From contig CADANR010000003.1 in assembly GCA_902789265.1 (NCBI GenBank), forward strand, positions 5,603 to 69,602: a stretch of DNA of 64,000 nucleotides, written 5' to 3'. Position 1 is the stretch's first letter. Each line of letters starts with the position of its first letter. Made by a program: the position numbers and the translations under genes. This DNA comes from an uncultured Lachnospiraceae bacterium. Lineage in GTDB: Bacteria; Bacillota; Clostridia; Lachnospirales; Lachnospiraceae. Below, piece by piece: positions 1 through 10,087 of the stretch. The notes below the pieces were generated by a model that worked only from the letters and a program-made list of their open reading frames with translations, was not told the DNA's origin and searched no databases.

Positions 1-1333
1 CAAGGACAACGGAATAGATTCCGATTTTAAATCCGTAAAGGAACAACAAAAGCGAACCGATGTTAACAATCAGTGCAATTACAGCGTTAATAACCGGAGT
101 ATAGATTTTTCCGATGCCCTGTAAAACGCCGTTTCCGAGAGTGGAAAGTGCAAAGAAAATAATCGATAAAGTACCGATATAAAGCATTCTTGCAGCCATA
201 TCAATTTCGCCGTTAAAGAGCATATCCACAATCGGTCGGCCAAGTACCGCAAGTCCAACCGCACACGGAATTGTGATGACCATGGTAACGCGGATTGCCG
301 TAGCAACCTTCATCCTGGCAGTTACCTTGTCATTCTTCGAAACGGATGCGGAAAGTGAAGGCACAATCGTGGAAACCATCGCATTCGCAAATGCAATCGG
401 CAGATTAATCAAAACCTTGTATTTACCGGAATAAACACCCATCGCAAGCGTCTTTAAATCAAGCTCTCCGATGCCTTCCATGTAATGATTGTACATGGAC
501 TGGTTCAAAATACCGGAAACATTATATATTACGGTACTCATAATAAACGGAACAACGGTAATCAGTATAATCCACATAATCTTACTCATTTTTTCCGTTC
601 GTTTCGTCTGATCGATTGCAACTTCCCGCTGCACCACTTTCTTTACGTAGAGCTGATAATTAATCACGACATAAAGAAGGGATGCCAAAGCACCGAGTCC
701 GCATCCGATGGTTGCGCCTGCAGCACCGAGTGCCGGGGCAAATTTTTCATCCATCATAACATTGCCGAATTTTGTACCGATTCCGAAGAAAAGGGATGCA
801 AATACAAGGGATGTTACAACAAGAATAATCTGCTCGATAATCTGGGAAATTGCGGTAACCACCATGGTTCCCTTTCCCTGAAAATACCCGCGGAACGCCC
901 CCATGACTGCGAAGATAAAGAGTGTCGGGGCAAGTACGCGAAGAGCCATCGCCGATTTAGGTTCTCCCATAACCGTAGTTGCCAGGAAATCCGCAAAAAT
1001 CAGTACCAAAATACAGCTTAAGCCACCGGAAATAACGGCAAAAAGCAACGCACCATGAAATAATTTCTGCGTATTCTTACTCTGTCCTTTCTCCGTTCTT
1101 GCAGCAACCAGTCTGGAAATTGCAACCGGCAGGGAATAAGAAGATAAAAGCAGGATAATCGAATAAATTTCATATGCATTTGCATAATATCCGTTTCCGA
1201 CATCGCCGATGATATTGGTAAGAGGAATTCTGCGTACCAGACCGATGGCTCTGGAAATAATTCCCGCTAAAGCAAGAATTCCGCCTTGGACAAGGATTCC
1301 TCCCGCAACTGAATTTTTCGTTTCTTTACTCAT
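1..1333 (-). CDS. MOP-superfamily flippase (SpoVB/MurJ-like polysaccharide biosynthesis protein); 3' end runs off the window
   Basis: Absent from the ORF track because there is no stop inside the window. Hand translation of the minus strand from the ATG at 1333-1331 is open down to nt 1: MSKETKNSVAGGILVQGGILALAGIISRAIGLVRRIPLTNIIGDVGNGYYANAYEIYSIILLLSSYSLPVAISRLVAARTEKGQ... It has many hydrophobic segments, typical of a SpoVB/MurJ N-terminus. Confidence 0.7.
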   Translation of the reverse strand, partial: MSKETKNSVAGGILVQGGILALAGIISRAIGLVRRIPLTNIIGDVGNGYYANAYEIYSIILLLSSYSLPVAISRLVAARTEKGQSKNTQKLFHGALLFAVISGGLSCILVLIFADFLATTVMGEPKSAMALRVLAPTLFIFAVMGAFRGYFQGKGTMVVTAISQIIEQIILVVTSLVFASLFFGIGTKFGNVMMDEKFAPALGAAGATIGCGLGALASLLYVVINYQLYVKKVVQREVAIDQTKRTEKMSKIMWIILITVVPFIMSTVIYNVSGILNQSMYNHYMEGIGELDLKTLAMGVYSGKYKVLINLPIAFANAMVSTIVPSLSASVSKNDKVTARMKVATAIRVTMVITIPCAVGLAVLGRPIVDMLFNGEIDMAARMLYIGTLSIIFFALSTLGNGVLQGIGKIYTPVINAVIALIVNIGSLLLFLYGFKIGIYSVVL

Positions 1334-1476
1334 ATTTTTACCTGATTTTTTTTTGCTTTTCTTTCGTTTTTCTATATTTTTTGTTTTTCTTAATTATTAC
1401 AGTTTACTTTTTTGTTTTTGTTGTTTTGCTTTGATTCATTCGTGGTTTTAGCAATTTACCTTTGCTTTATATTTAT

Positions 1477-1983
1477 TTAGTCCCTTGTAATGCCAAGCTC
1501 GTCCAGATACGCTTTCTGCTTATCTTCCATCACCTTTGCCTCATCTTCCGTCATATGATCATATCCCAGAAGATGCAACGTGGAATGTGCTACTAAGAAA
1601 GCAAACTCCCTCTTTTCGGAGTGCCCGTATTCTTCTGCCTGCGAAATCACACGGTCCTTTGATATTAAAATATCACCAAGCATTACCATTTCAGTGTCAT
1701 AGTCATAATCCGTAACGGAATCGGGATCATCCAGATAAGGCATAAAATCCGCAGGCGATTCAAACTCCAGTACCGGGAAAGATAATACATCGGTCGGCGC
1801 ATCAACCTCCCTGAATTCCCTGTTCACTGAGTGAATGCCTTCGTTGTCGGTAATGGTTAAATTCACCTCGACCTCAAAGGGACAGTCTTCTTTTTCCAAA
1901 ATATAAAAAATCACTTTTTCTGCGGTCTTTTGAAGGTCAAATTCCGGAGCATATTCTGTTTCATTCTCATAAATCAACAACAT
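1477..1983 (-). CDS. ybeY: rRNA maturation endoribonuclease YbeY
   Basis: 168 aa with the zinc motif HSTLHLLGYDH. Sits in the conserved position next to phoH. Confidence 0.9.
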   Translation of the reverse strand: MLLIYENETEYAPEFDLQKTAEKVIFYILEKEDCPFEVEVNLTITDNEGIHSVNREFREVDAPTDVLSFPVLEFESPADFMPYLDDPDSVTDYDYDTEMVMLGDILISKDRVISQAEEYGHSEKREFAFLVAHSTLHLLGYDHMTEDEAKVMEDKQKAYLDELGITRD

Positions 1984-1991
1984 TTTTTTAC

Positions 1992-2987
1992 CTATGACTG
2001 TTTTTTGCCCTTGGCTTTTCCCTGCGTTTGTCTTGCTTCATATTTCTCGTAAGCATTTACAATCTTCTGAACCAGCGGATGACGAACAACATCCTTGCCG
2101 GATAATTTGCATATTGCAACATCATCAATACCCGATAATACCTTGCATGCTACATCAAGACCGGACTGAACATCCTTCGGCAAGTCTTTTTGCGTTGCAT
2201 CACCTGTTACGATTACTTTCGACCCGTAACCGATACGGGTTAAAAACATCTTCATCTGAGCAGGTGTTGTATTCTGTGCCTCATCTAAGATAATATACGC
2301 ATTATCCAGTGTACGTCCTCTCATATATGCCAAAGGAGCCACTTCAATGAGTCCTTTTTCCATATTTTTGATAAATGCATCCGCGCCCATAATCTGATAA
2401 AGTGCATCATAAAGCGGTCTTAAATACGGATCAACCTTGCTTTGTAAATCACCGGGAAGGAAACCCAGTTTCTCACCGGCTTCAATTGCAGGTCTTGTAA
2501 GAATAATTCTTCCGACTTCTTCATTCTTGAATGCGGTAATTGCCATTGCCATTGCAAGATAAGTCTTTCCTGTACCGGCAGGACCGAGTCCGAAGACAAT
2601 CATGTTCTTGCGTATTGCATCAACATACTGTTTTTGTCCTAAAGTCATCGGCTTTACAATTTTGCCGTTTACGGTATGGCAAATAATATCCTCATCGATG
2701 TCTAAAAGCACATTTTCCCTGCTTTCTTTCGACATTTCAATTCCGTAATTAACCTTTTGTTCTTCTATCGTTCTGCCCTTTCCGGAAAGCTCCGATAATT
2801 CGGAAAGTAAAGATACCGCACGCTTTGCATCCTGCTCGCTTCCGATGATATTTAAGTAACCGTCGCGATTCACAATCACAACGTTTAATTCTTTCTCGAT
2901 TTTCTGTATATAATGGTCCTCTTCACCGAAGATATTACGCATATGCTCCGCGTCGATTTCCATTCTGTAGGTAGTTCTTTCGCTCAT
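1992..2987 (-). CDS. phoH: PhoH-family ATPase (PhoH/YbeZ)
   Basis: 331 aa with Walker A GPAGTGKT and the characteristic PhoH C-terminal domain. Forms the phoH-ybeY pair. Confidence 0.9.
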   Translation of the reverse strand: MSERTTYRMEIDAEHMRNIFGEEDHYIQKIEKELNVVIVNRDGYLNIIGSEQDAKRAVSLLSELSELSGKGRTIEEQKVNYGIEMSKESRENVLLDIDEDIICHTVNGKIVKPMTLGQKQYVDAIRKNMIVFGLGPAGTGKTYLAMAMAITAFKNEEVGRIILTRPAIEAGEKLGFLPGDLQSKVDPYLRPLYDALYQIMGADAFIKNMEKGLIEVAPLAYMRGRTLDNAYIILDEAQNTTPAQMKMFLTRIGYGSKVIVTGDATQKDLPKDVQSGLDVACKVLSGIDDVAICKLSGKDVVRHPLVQKIVNAYEKYEARQTQGKAKGKKQS

Positions 2988-3005
2988 AAATTCCTTTGTA
3001 AAATA

Positions 3006-4316
3006 TTAATCTATAATCTTATAAATTAACGGCAATTCTTCCGGCTTATTTTCTGAAAACTCATACGCATTTAAGAATCTCTTCACTGCATCAAGCGGTG
3101 GCACATGTTTTGCGGAATTGTAATGCATAACCGCAAGTACATCTCCGTCATTAACATAGTCACCGACTTTCTTCTTAAGCACGATTCCGACAGCCGGATC
3201 AATGATATCTTCCTTCTTTTCTCTTCCGCCGCCGAGCATCATGGAACAGATTCCGATTTCTTCACACTGAATATGGGAAATATAGCCTTCTTTATCGGCC
3301 CTGATTTCCATCTCAAATTCCGCCTTAGGCAAAAGTTCCGGATGATAGACTTCTTCCGCATTACCGCCCTGTGCTTCCACGAATTCGGCAAGTTTCTTAA
3401 GGCCTTCCTTCTTTGCAATTTTTTCATCAATCATTGCAAATGCCTGTTCTTTTGTATCGGCAAGTCCGGTTTTTAACAAAAACTCCGAAACAATCTCATA
3501 AATAAGCTTTGTAAAATCAGCCGGTCCTTCTCCGTTTAAAGTCGCAATTGCCTCCTTGACTTCCAATGCATTTCCTACCGCATTTCCGAGTGGCTGATTC
3601 ATGTCGGAAATCACGGCAATCATGGTACGACCGGCACTCTTGCCGATTTTTACCATTGCTTCCGCAAGTGCAACCGAATCCTCTTTTGTCTTCATGAAAG
3701 CACCGCTTCCGGTCTTTACATCAAGTAAAATGACACTTGCGCCGGCAGCCAGTTTCTTACTCATAATGGAGGAAGCAATCAGAGATATGTTTTCGACCGT
3801 TGCGGTCACATCCCGAAGTGCATATAATTTTTTATCAGCAGGCGCCAAATCCTTGGTCTGACCGATAATGGAGATACCGACATTTTTGACCTGGTTGATA
3901 AACTGATCCATAGAGATCTCGGTATGGAAGCCACTGAAACTCTCAAGTTTATCAACCGTACCGCCGGTATGTCCGAGTCCGCGGCCTGACATTTTTGCGC
4001 TTTTCAGTCCGAAGGATGCAAGCAGTGGCATCACTGCAAGTGAAGTTTTGTCCCCAACACCGCCGGTTGAATGTTTATCCACTTTGATTCCCGGAATCTC
4101 GGATAAATCAAGAAGTTCCCCGCTGTGAGCCATTGCCATAGTCAGATCGTAGGTCTCTTTTTCATTCATCCCGCGAAAATAAACGGCCATAGTAAAAGCA
4201 GACATCTGATAATCGGGGATATCGCCTTTCGTATAGCCGTCAACCATATATTGTATTTCTTCTTCGGTAAGTGCATTGCCGTTTCTTTTTTTCATGATCA
4301 GGTCATACATGCGCAT
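3006..4316 (-). CDS. pdp: pyrimidine-nucleoside (thymidine) phosphorylase
   Basis: 436 aa with the DKHSTGGVGDKTS motif and typical length for the family. Confidence 0.9.
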   Translation of the reverse strand: MRMYDLIMKKRNGNALTEEEIQYMVDGYTKGDIPDYQMSAFTMAVYFRGMNEKETYDLTMAMAHSGELLDLSEIPGIKVDKHSTGGVGDKTSLAVMPLLASFGLKSAKMSGRGLGHTGGTVDKLESFSGFHTEISMDQFINQVKNVGISIIGQTKDLAPADKKLYALRDVTATVENISLIASSIMSKKLAAGASVILLDVKTGSGAFMKTKEDSVALAEAMVKIGKSAGRTMIAVISDMNQPLGNAVGNALEVKEAIATLNGEGPADFTKLIYEIVSEFLLKTGLADTKEQAFAMIDEKIAKKEGLKKLAEFVEAQGGNAEEVYHPELLPKAEFEMEIRADKEGYISHIQCEEIGICSMMLGGGREKKEDIIDPAVGIVLKKKVGDYVNDGDVLAVMHYNSAKHVPPLDAVKRFLNAYEFSENKPEELPLIYKIID

Positions 4317-4352
4317 AAGTTTTTACCTCTGAAAATTATTCTATATTACTTA

Positions 4353-4832
4353 TCACTTATGATACGGTTCGTGATTCATAATCCGGAAAGCCCTGTAAAT
4401 CTGCTCAGAAAGAATCACTCTCATCAGCTGGTGCGGAAATGTCATGTCAGAGAAGCTTAACTTCATATCAGCCGCACTTAAAACATTCTTTGAAAGTCCG
4501 ATGGAACCGCCGATTACAAAGCAAATCACATTCTTTCCGGATAAAAAGATTCGCTGCATTTCTTTTGAAAAATCAACACTGTCCACTTTCTTGCCGTCAA
4601 TCGCAAGTGCAATCACATAAGCTCCGTTCGGAATTTTCTTTAAAATTTTCTCTCCTTCGCGGTCTTTAATCTGTTCCTCTTCCGCTGCGGATGCATTCTC
4701 CGGACATTCCTCATCAGCCACTTCAATGATTTGAAATTTGCAGTATTTGGAAAGGCGCTTGGAATACTCTGCAACAGCATCGCGAAAGTATGCTTCTTTG
4801 ATTTTCCCGACACCGATAATGGTGATTTTCAA
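4353..4832 (-). CDS. rlmH: 23S rRNA (pseudouridine1915-N3)-methyltransferase RlmH
   Basis: 159 aa SPOUT protein: MKITIIGVGKIK... ending EPYHK. TTG start at 4832 preceded by GGAG. Confidence 0.9.
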   Translation of the reverse strand: MKITIIGVGKIKEAYFRDAVAEYSKRLSKYCKFQIIEVADEECPENASAAEEEQIKDREGEKILKKIPNGAYVIALAIDGKKVDSVDFSKEMQRIFLSGKNVICFVIGGSIGLSKNVLSAADMKLSFSDMTFPHQLMRVILSEQIYRAFRIMNHEPYHK

Positions 4833-4844
4833 TCGAACAACTCC

Positions 4845-5837
4845 TTAATCGAATAATTCTTTATAGTTTTCGTCAAGCAATCCGTCTATTGTCGAATCTG
4901 CCACATCCTGAAACTTCGGTTCCCGCTTAATTGCACTTTTTAAAAAATCCATTCTTGCAAAATAAACGGTTTCATCTTCGGAATCTTCAGGTACAGGAAT
5001 CATCTTGTTGGCAGTTTCCACCGCTTCTTCCCTGCAGAATTTAAGAATTTCTTCTTTTAATTCGCTTTCATCCACAATGGAAGCGCGAAGTCTCCTTGCC
5101 GTAAAAATGGACATAATTCCAAAGCAAAGCAGAAGAAGAAAAACAACAGCCATAAAACCATACAGCACTTTGCCGGGAATTCCGTTAATCTGTAACGGAA
5201 GAACATGGAATACTACCAGTCCCTCAAAGATTAATCCCAAAGCTCCCATGGAAATCAAAGCAACTGCGGAATTTTTTGCATCATTCGCCTTTTCTTCCGA
5301 GGAATGGAAAGTTCCCGGATCCTTTTTCTTTTTGGAATCCTCATCGTCCTCGTCGTCGTCATCATCGTCGTCGTCATCATCCTCGTCGTCATCATCAAGG
5401 CTTATTCCTTCCGAGTCGTCTACCAAATAAAATCCCTTGGACTTAACTGCACTGTTTTCGTCCTCTTCCTCGTCTTCATCATCGTCATCATCTCCGAATT
5501 TCGCATGGAGCTGTTCCTGTTGAGCCTGAACATATTCATCCATCTCTTCCCTGCGTTTTTCAAAATAAGTCTTTATTGCAAAGGAAGCGGATTTTTGATA
5601 TTTCTTTTCCACCTGAATCTCGGAAAGTCCTTCGCCCAGGTCCTCTAAGTAAACGCCTTTGATTTTGTTATCTTTCAGGAACTCGTATACTTTTTCGATA
5701 TCAGCTGCAGGTCCGTTCAGCATTTGTACGGTTTCAGCCCTTGCTTCGCCGAGCACATCAACTAACTCGACGCCGCAATCGGCACAGACCGTAAAGCCTT
5801 CTCTGTATTCATTTCTGCATTTCGGGCACCAGGGCAT
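4845..5837 (-). CDS. hypothetical zinc-ribbon membrane protein with poly-Asp/Glu tracts
   Basis: N-terminus CPKC...CADCG (zinc ribbon, DUF2007-like), two acidic runs, a pair of hydrophobic helices and a C-terminal globular part. RBS GGAGAAAG lies upstream of the ATG at 5837. Confidence 0.65.
   Translation of the reverse strand: MPWCPKCRNEYREGFTVCADCGVELVDVLGEARAETVQMLNGPAADIEKVYEFLKDNKIKGVYLEDLGEGLSEIQVEKKYQKSASFAIKTYFEKRREEMDEYVQAQQEQLHAKFGDDDDDEDEEEDENSAVKSKGFYLVDDSEGISLDDDDEDDDDDDDDDDEDDEDSKKKKDPGTFHSSEEKANDAKNSAVALISMGALGLIFEGLVVFHVLPLQINGIPGKVLYGFMAVVFLLLLCFGIMSIFTARRLRASIVDESELKEEILKFCREEAVETANKMIPVPEDSEDETVYFARMDFLKSAIKREPKFQDVADSTIDGLLDENYKELFD
5336..5498 (-). repeat. GAT/GAC/GAA simple-sequence tracts encoding poly-Asp/Glu
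   Basis: Plus-strand tcatcgtcctcgtcgtcgtcatcatcgtcgtcgtcatcatcctcgtcgtcatcatc (5341-5397) and 5461-5493. They encode DDDDEDDDDDDDDDDEDDED and DDDDDEDEEEDE. Confidence 0.8.
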
Positions 5838-5864
5838 AGTTCTTTCTCCGATTTCTTTTTATTT

Positions 5865-7244
5865 TTATTTATTCAGGTATTCATCAATACCCTTTGCAGC
5901 TGCTCTTCCTGCGCCCATCGCAAGAATAACGGTTGCTGCACCGGTAACCGCATCACCGCCTGCATAAACACCTTCTTTGGTGGTTGCACCGTTTTCTTCG
6001 GCAATGATACATTTTCTTCCGTTGATTTCAAGTCCTTTGGTAGTGGAAGAAATCAAAGGATTCGGGGAAGTTCCGAGAGCCATGATTACAACATCGCAGT
6101 CAATGACATATTCGGATCCCGCAATTTCCACAGGACGTCTTCTGCCGGATGCATCAGGCTCACCGAGTTCCATCTTAATGCACTTAATTCCTTTTACCCA
6201 GCCGTTTTCGTCTTCAAGAATTTCAACCGGATTGGTAAGAAGATGGAATTCAATACCTTCTTCTTTTGCATGATGAACTTCTTCGGCACGTGCCGGAAGC
6301 TCTGCTTCGCTTCTTCTGTAAACAATATATGTTTCGGAACCGAGTCTTAACGCAGTTCTTGCAGCATCCATTGCAACATTTCCGCCGCCGACAACTACGG
6401 TTCTCTTTCCAATCATAATCGGAGTTGTGGAATCCGGATCAAATGCCTTCATCAGGTTGCTTCTGGTTAAATATTCGTTTGCGGAGAATACACCGCTTAA
6501 ATTCTCTCCCGGAATTCCCATGAATTTCGGAAGACCAGCACCGGAACCGATAAATACCGCATCAAAATGTTCTTTTTCGATTAATTCGTCAATGGTAACG
6601 CTCTTTCCGATAATTACGTTGGTCTCAAATTTAACACCGAGCGCTTTCACGTTTTCGATTTCCTTCTTTACAACTCTTTCCTTCGGAAGACGGAATTCGG
6701 GAATACCGTAAACAAGTACGCCGCCGAGTTCATGAAGTGCTTCGAATACGGTTACATCATAACCGAGCTTTGCAAGGTCGCCTGCACAGGATAATCCGGA
6801 AGGACCGGAACCGATTACGGCTACTTTCTTTCCGTTCTTGTTCGGATTTTCCTTCGGATGAACATTGTTTTCAAACGCCCAGTCTGCAACGAAACGCTCC
6901 AGTTTTCCGATGGATACGGCTTCACCTTTGATTCCTCTTACGCATTTGCCTTCGCACTGTGTTTCCTGGGGGCAGACACGACCGCATACTGCGGGAAGCG
7001 AGGAAGACAATGTAATTGTATGATATGCGCCTTCAAAATCGCCTTCTTTCACCTGCTTAATAAAATCCGGAATATGAATGGATACGGGACAACCCTGTAC
7101 ACAAAGAGGATTCTTGCAGTTTAAGCATCTGGAAGCCTCTTCCATTGCTTCTTCTTTGGTATATCCCAAACATACTTCTTCAAAATTTGTTGCGCGGACC
7201 TTCGGTTCCTGCTCTTTAATCGGTACTTTTTTCATTACATCCAT
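5865..7244 (-). CDS. nfnB: NADH-dependent reduced ferredoxin:NADP+ oxidoreductase large subunit (GltD/SudA-like, NfnB)
   Basis: 459 aa with the N-terminal Cys cluster CLNCKNPLCVQGCP and dinucleotide fold VAVIGSGPSGLSCAGDLA. TAATG overlap with the upstream partner; RBS GGAGGTGA. Confidence 0.8.
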   Translation of the reverse strand: MDVMKKVPIKEQEPKVRATNFEEVCLGYTKEEAMEEASRCLNCKNPLCVQGCPVSIHIPDFIKQVKEGDFEGAYHTITLSSSLPAVCGRVCPQETQCEGKCVRGIKGEAVSIGKLERFVADWAFENNVHPKENPNKNGKKVAVIGSGPSGLSCAGDLAKLGYDVTVFEALHELGGVLVYGIPEFRLPKERVVKKEIENVKALGVKFETNVIIGKSVTIDELIEKEHFDAVFIGSGAGLPKFMGIPGENLSGVFSANEYLTRSNLMKAFDPDSTTPIMIGKRTVVVGGGNVAMDAARTALRLGSETYIVYRRSEAELPARAEEVHHAKEEGIEFHLLTNPVEILEDENGWVKGIKCIKMELGEPDASGRRRPVEIAGSEYVIDCDVVIMALGTSPNPLISSTTKGLEINGRKCIIAEENGATTKEGVYAGGDAVTGAATVILAMGAGRAAAKGIDEYLNK

Positions 7245-8131
7245 TACTCTTCACCTCCGCAATTACCGCATCCGCCATGGTGGGTATTTCCTTCTTTTGC
7301 AGCAAGATATGCTCTGCCTTCTTTTGTTTTATACATCTGCTGACGTTTCATGGCCTGATCGAAATCTACCAAATGTCCGTCAAATTCAGGTCCGTCCACA
7401 CATGCGAATTTAATCTCGTCACCGACTTTCAATCGGCATGCACCACACATACCGGTTCCGTCAACCATGATCGGATTCATGGAAACGATGGTGTGAAGAT
7501 TTAATTTCTTCGTTAAGAGACATACGAATTTCATCATAATCATCGGACCGATGGTTACGCATACATCATAGCTTTTTCCTTCTGCATAAAGGTCTTCCAC
7601 TACCTTGGTAACCATTCCGCTTCTGCCGTAAGATCCGTCATCGGTTGTAACATATAAGGTTCCGGCAACTGCCTTCATTTCCTCTTCCATGATGACTAAA
7701 TCCTTAGTCTTTGCGCCGACAATTACATCAGCGGCAATGCCATGCTCATGCAGCCATTTTACCTGCGGATAAACAGGTGCGGTACCTAAGCCGCCGGCCA
7801 CAAAGAGAATCTTTTTATTCTTTAATGACTCGATATCTTCTTCAGTAAATTCCGAAGGTCTTCCCAAGGGGCCCACGAAATCATGGAAATAATCACCTTT
7901 CTTTAAGGAGGACATCAGGAATGTTCCTTCTCCGATGACCTGAACAACAATTGTTACGGTTCCCTTCTCTCTGTCATAATCGCAGATGGTAAGCGGAATA
8001 CGCTCTGCATCTTCGAATGCACGCACAATTACAAATTGGCCCGGTTCACAGTTTGCGGCACATCTGGGTGCTTCAACAACCCATTCGAAAATGTTGCTCG
8101 CAAGTTCTTTTGCTTCTAGAATCTTGTACAT
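7244..8131 (-). CDS. nfnA: ferredoxin-NADP+ reductase-like small subunit (PyrK/SudB-like, NfnA)
   Basis: FAD/NAD-binding fold plus the C-terminal 2Fe-2S motif GTGMCGACRLKV...CVDGPEF. I place the start at ATG 8131 (MYKILEAKEL), preceded by GGAAGGAAAG, rather than at the ORF-track start 8215. Confidence 0.8.
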   Translation of the reverse strand: MYKILEAKELASNIFEWVVEAPRCAANCEPGQFVIVRAFEDAERIPLTICDYDREKGTVTIVVQVIGEGTFLMSSLKKGDYFHDFVGPLGRPSEFTEEDIESLKNKKILFVAGGLGTAPVYPQVKWLHEHGIAADVIVGAKTKDLVIMEEEMKAVAGTLYVTTDDGSYGRSGMVTKVVEDLYAEGKSYDVCVTIGPMIMMKFVCLLTKKLNLHTIVSMNPIMVDGTGMCGACRLKVGDEIKFACVDGPEFDGHLVDFDQAMKRQQMYKTKEGRAYLAAKEGNTHHGGCGNCGGEE

Positions 8132-8232
8132 TTTTCTTTCCTTCCTTAACGCTTTACTACTTTGTATATCATACTTTTGAATAAATTCATGTATTTTTTC
8201 ACGTAATCCATTCAAAACAGTATTTTCAAAAA

Positions 8233-10071
8233 TTACTCATAGCTCTCCTCGGCGGGCGGAGTCGGTGGAGGAAGCGGCGCTCTGGTATAAACATAATTAC
8301 CGTCACCGTTTACCTTAAGAGTTCCGTAATCCATCATATCCTTGGTGGATACGCAGTAAACATAACCCGTCTTCATCATCGAGCCGGAATTGATATCCTG
8401 ATAATACTCATTAATAACATAATAAATATTGGCATCTTCTTTCGTATAAGGTGCGGCATCCGGATTATCCGTGTCATCACGTTCATTGAAATCAACTGCT
8501 GCTTCGCAAAGGAATAACAGTTTCCCGGAAAGTGTGGTGAGCGTTCCGTCAAGATCCGCCATTCCACCGAGCGACATACGGTACATCGTGATAATCTGGG
8601 TTGCGTCTGCAGCCGTAACAAGACTTTCGTCCTGCAGATACAGAAAATCACGAACGGTCGGTTCACTGGGCACATCATCAAAATTGTAGGTTACAAACTG
8701 AAACTGTGAGGAACCGAGCGGCATAAGAAGCGGATTCTTATAAACGTTGCTGTCCTTGGTAGGAAGCGATCCGTCGGTCGTATAATAAACCACGCAGTCT
8801 TCCGGAATATCTTCCACAGCAATTAACTTCGGTGTCTCGAATTCGCCGGACTCCAGATTGACGATCGGAGAATCGGGAACTGCCACATTAATGGAAAAAT
8901 CACCTTCCGTAATCGGACTCATGAGCCCGAAGGAATTAATATAAATCGCTTTGATATGGAATGCACCCTTTTCAAAATATAAAGGCGAGGTATATTCCAT
9001 GGATTCATTATCCGGCGTGGAACCATCCGTTGTATAATATATTTTCCCGGACGGATTTCCGGAGATAACCAGATATACGGGATCATCATAAGAACCCGGT
9101 ACTACGGAAAACTCCGGAGCATCTGCGAGATACTGCTGAAACTGACTGATAATGCTCGGATCATCGCAGTCCGCAAGAACATTGTTGATGGATTCAAAAT
9201 CTCCCAATTCTTCATATATCGCAAACAATTTCGTATAAGCAACAAGCACATCGGTATCAAAATCACGAATGATGTTTCGATAAGTCAGAATTGCCGCCTG
9301 CTGCTGGTTATTCTTTGTATAGTAATCAGCCAGTTCATACTGAACGGTTAAGTCATCGGAATGCATGTTTGCAGCCGATTCCATATAGTATACGGCATGT
9401 GCATAATCACCCTGTTCGTAAGCCAGTTTTGCCTGCTCATATTTATATTCAAAGGAATTCTTTTTGATTCTTCCGGAGATAAAAATCGACACCGAAACAA
9501 TAATACCAATTAATATAAACAGGGCAAAAATCATGAGTACGCGGGTAACCGGATTACTCATGGTTTTCTGGATAAACCTTCCTCCTCCGGTAAAATCAAG
9601 CGCTTCTTCCACATCCCAGAAATCCTCATCAAAATCATTCTCAAAATCATCCGGATCCTTTGGCTTTTGCGGATTCGTCTGAGGCTTGGTTTTCGGCTTG
9701 ACGGAAGCATTCTTCTTTTTGCCGGCCGCACCTTTCCCGGACATTTTTCGTATTTTTTCGGAAGATATTTCCTGCGTAGGCATCTTCTTAATTGTTGCCT
9801 TATTCGGCACTTCCTGTGTCGGATAACGCTCTAAATCCTCATCTCCGAGACCGTACTGATTTAAAAGTTCCTCGTCCAGATCATCCAGAGAATTTTCCTG
9901 ATCATAGAGTTCTAAATCTCTCTGCATGGTTGCCGCAACATTGGACATGGATTCCTGTATGCTGTTTTCCAGTTCCGGATCAAAATCGGGAACGTACTTA
10001 ATCTCTGCACCGCAACGGCTGCAGAGCAACATTCCTTCTTCGATTTTTGCCCCGCATTTCGGACAAGTCAT
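8233..10071 (-). CDS. zinc-ribbon / single-TM / TPR-like protein with two Fn3-associated (chitobiase C-terminal-like) domains
   Basis: N-terminus CPKCG...CSRCG, a basic/acidic linker, the TM segment VLMIFALFILIGIIVSVSIFI, TPR-like YEQGDYAHAVYYME, and two YYTTDGS-P motifs (IYYTTDGSTPD, VVYYTTDGSLPT). Confidence 0.7.
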   Translation of the reverse strand: MTCPKCGAKIEEGMLLCSRCGAEIKYVPDFDPELENSIQESMSNVAATMQRDLELYDQENSLDDLDEELLNQYGLGDEDLERYPTQEVPNKATIKKMPTQEISSEKIRKMSGKGAAGKKKNASVKPKTKPQTNPQKPKDPDDFENDFDEDFWDVEEALDFTGGGRFIQKTMSNPVTRVLMIFALFILIGIIVSVSIFISGRIKKNSFEYKYEQAKLAYEQGDYAHAVYYMESAANMHSDDLTVQYELADYYTKNNQQQAAILTYRNIIRDFDTDVLVAYTKLFAIYEELGDFESINNVLADCDDPSIISQFQQYLADAPEFSVVPGSYDDPVYLVISGNPSGKIYYTTDGSTPDNESMEYTSPLYFEKGAFHIKAIYINSFGLMSPITEGDFSINVAVPDSPIVNLESGEFETPKLIAVEDIPEDCVVYYTTDGSLPTKDSNVYKNPLLMPLGSSQFQFVTYNFDDVPSEPTVRDFLYLQDESLVTAADATQIITMYRMSLGGMADLDGTLTTLSGKLLFLCEAAVDFNERDDTDNPDAAPYTKEDANIYYVINEYYQDINSGSMMKTGYVYCVSTKDMMDYGTLKVNGDGNYVYTRAPLPPPTPPAEESYE

Positions 10072-10087
10072 ATATAATCTCCTCTGA

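Noticed and set aside
485-1451. ORF-track entries 485-1021(+), 814-996(-), 1018-1203(-) and 1209-1451(+) inside or next to the first gene
   Set aside because: They are shadow or alternate-frame ORFs of the minus-strand flippase gene (1-1333), whose frame is open across the whole region. Their sequences are Cys/His/Arg-rich or poly-Phe junk with no RBS.
8175-8192. Rex-box-like sequence TTTTGAATAAATTCATGT upstream of nfnAB
   Set aside because: Only the TGAA-N4-TTCA core matches the TTGTGAA-N4-TTCACAA consensus and the flanks are not symmetric. It is too weak to call without comparative data, although Rex control of nfnAB would be plausible.
8132-8215. 28-codon N-terminal extension of nfnA. Similar extensions occur on folD (10934-10999), the DUF362 gene (48303-48335), the GGDEF gene (43667-43684) and the GT2 gene (19271-19279)
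   Set aside because: Internal ATGs with good Shine-Dalgarno sequences give family-typical N-termini and remove overlaps with neighbouring genes.
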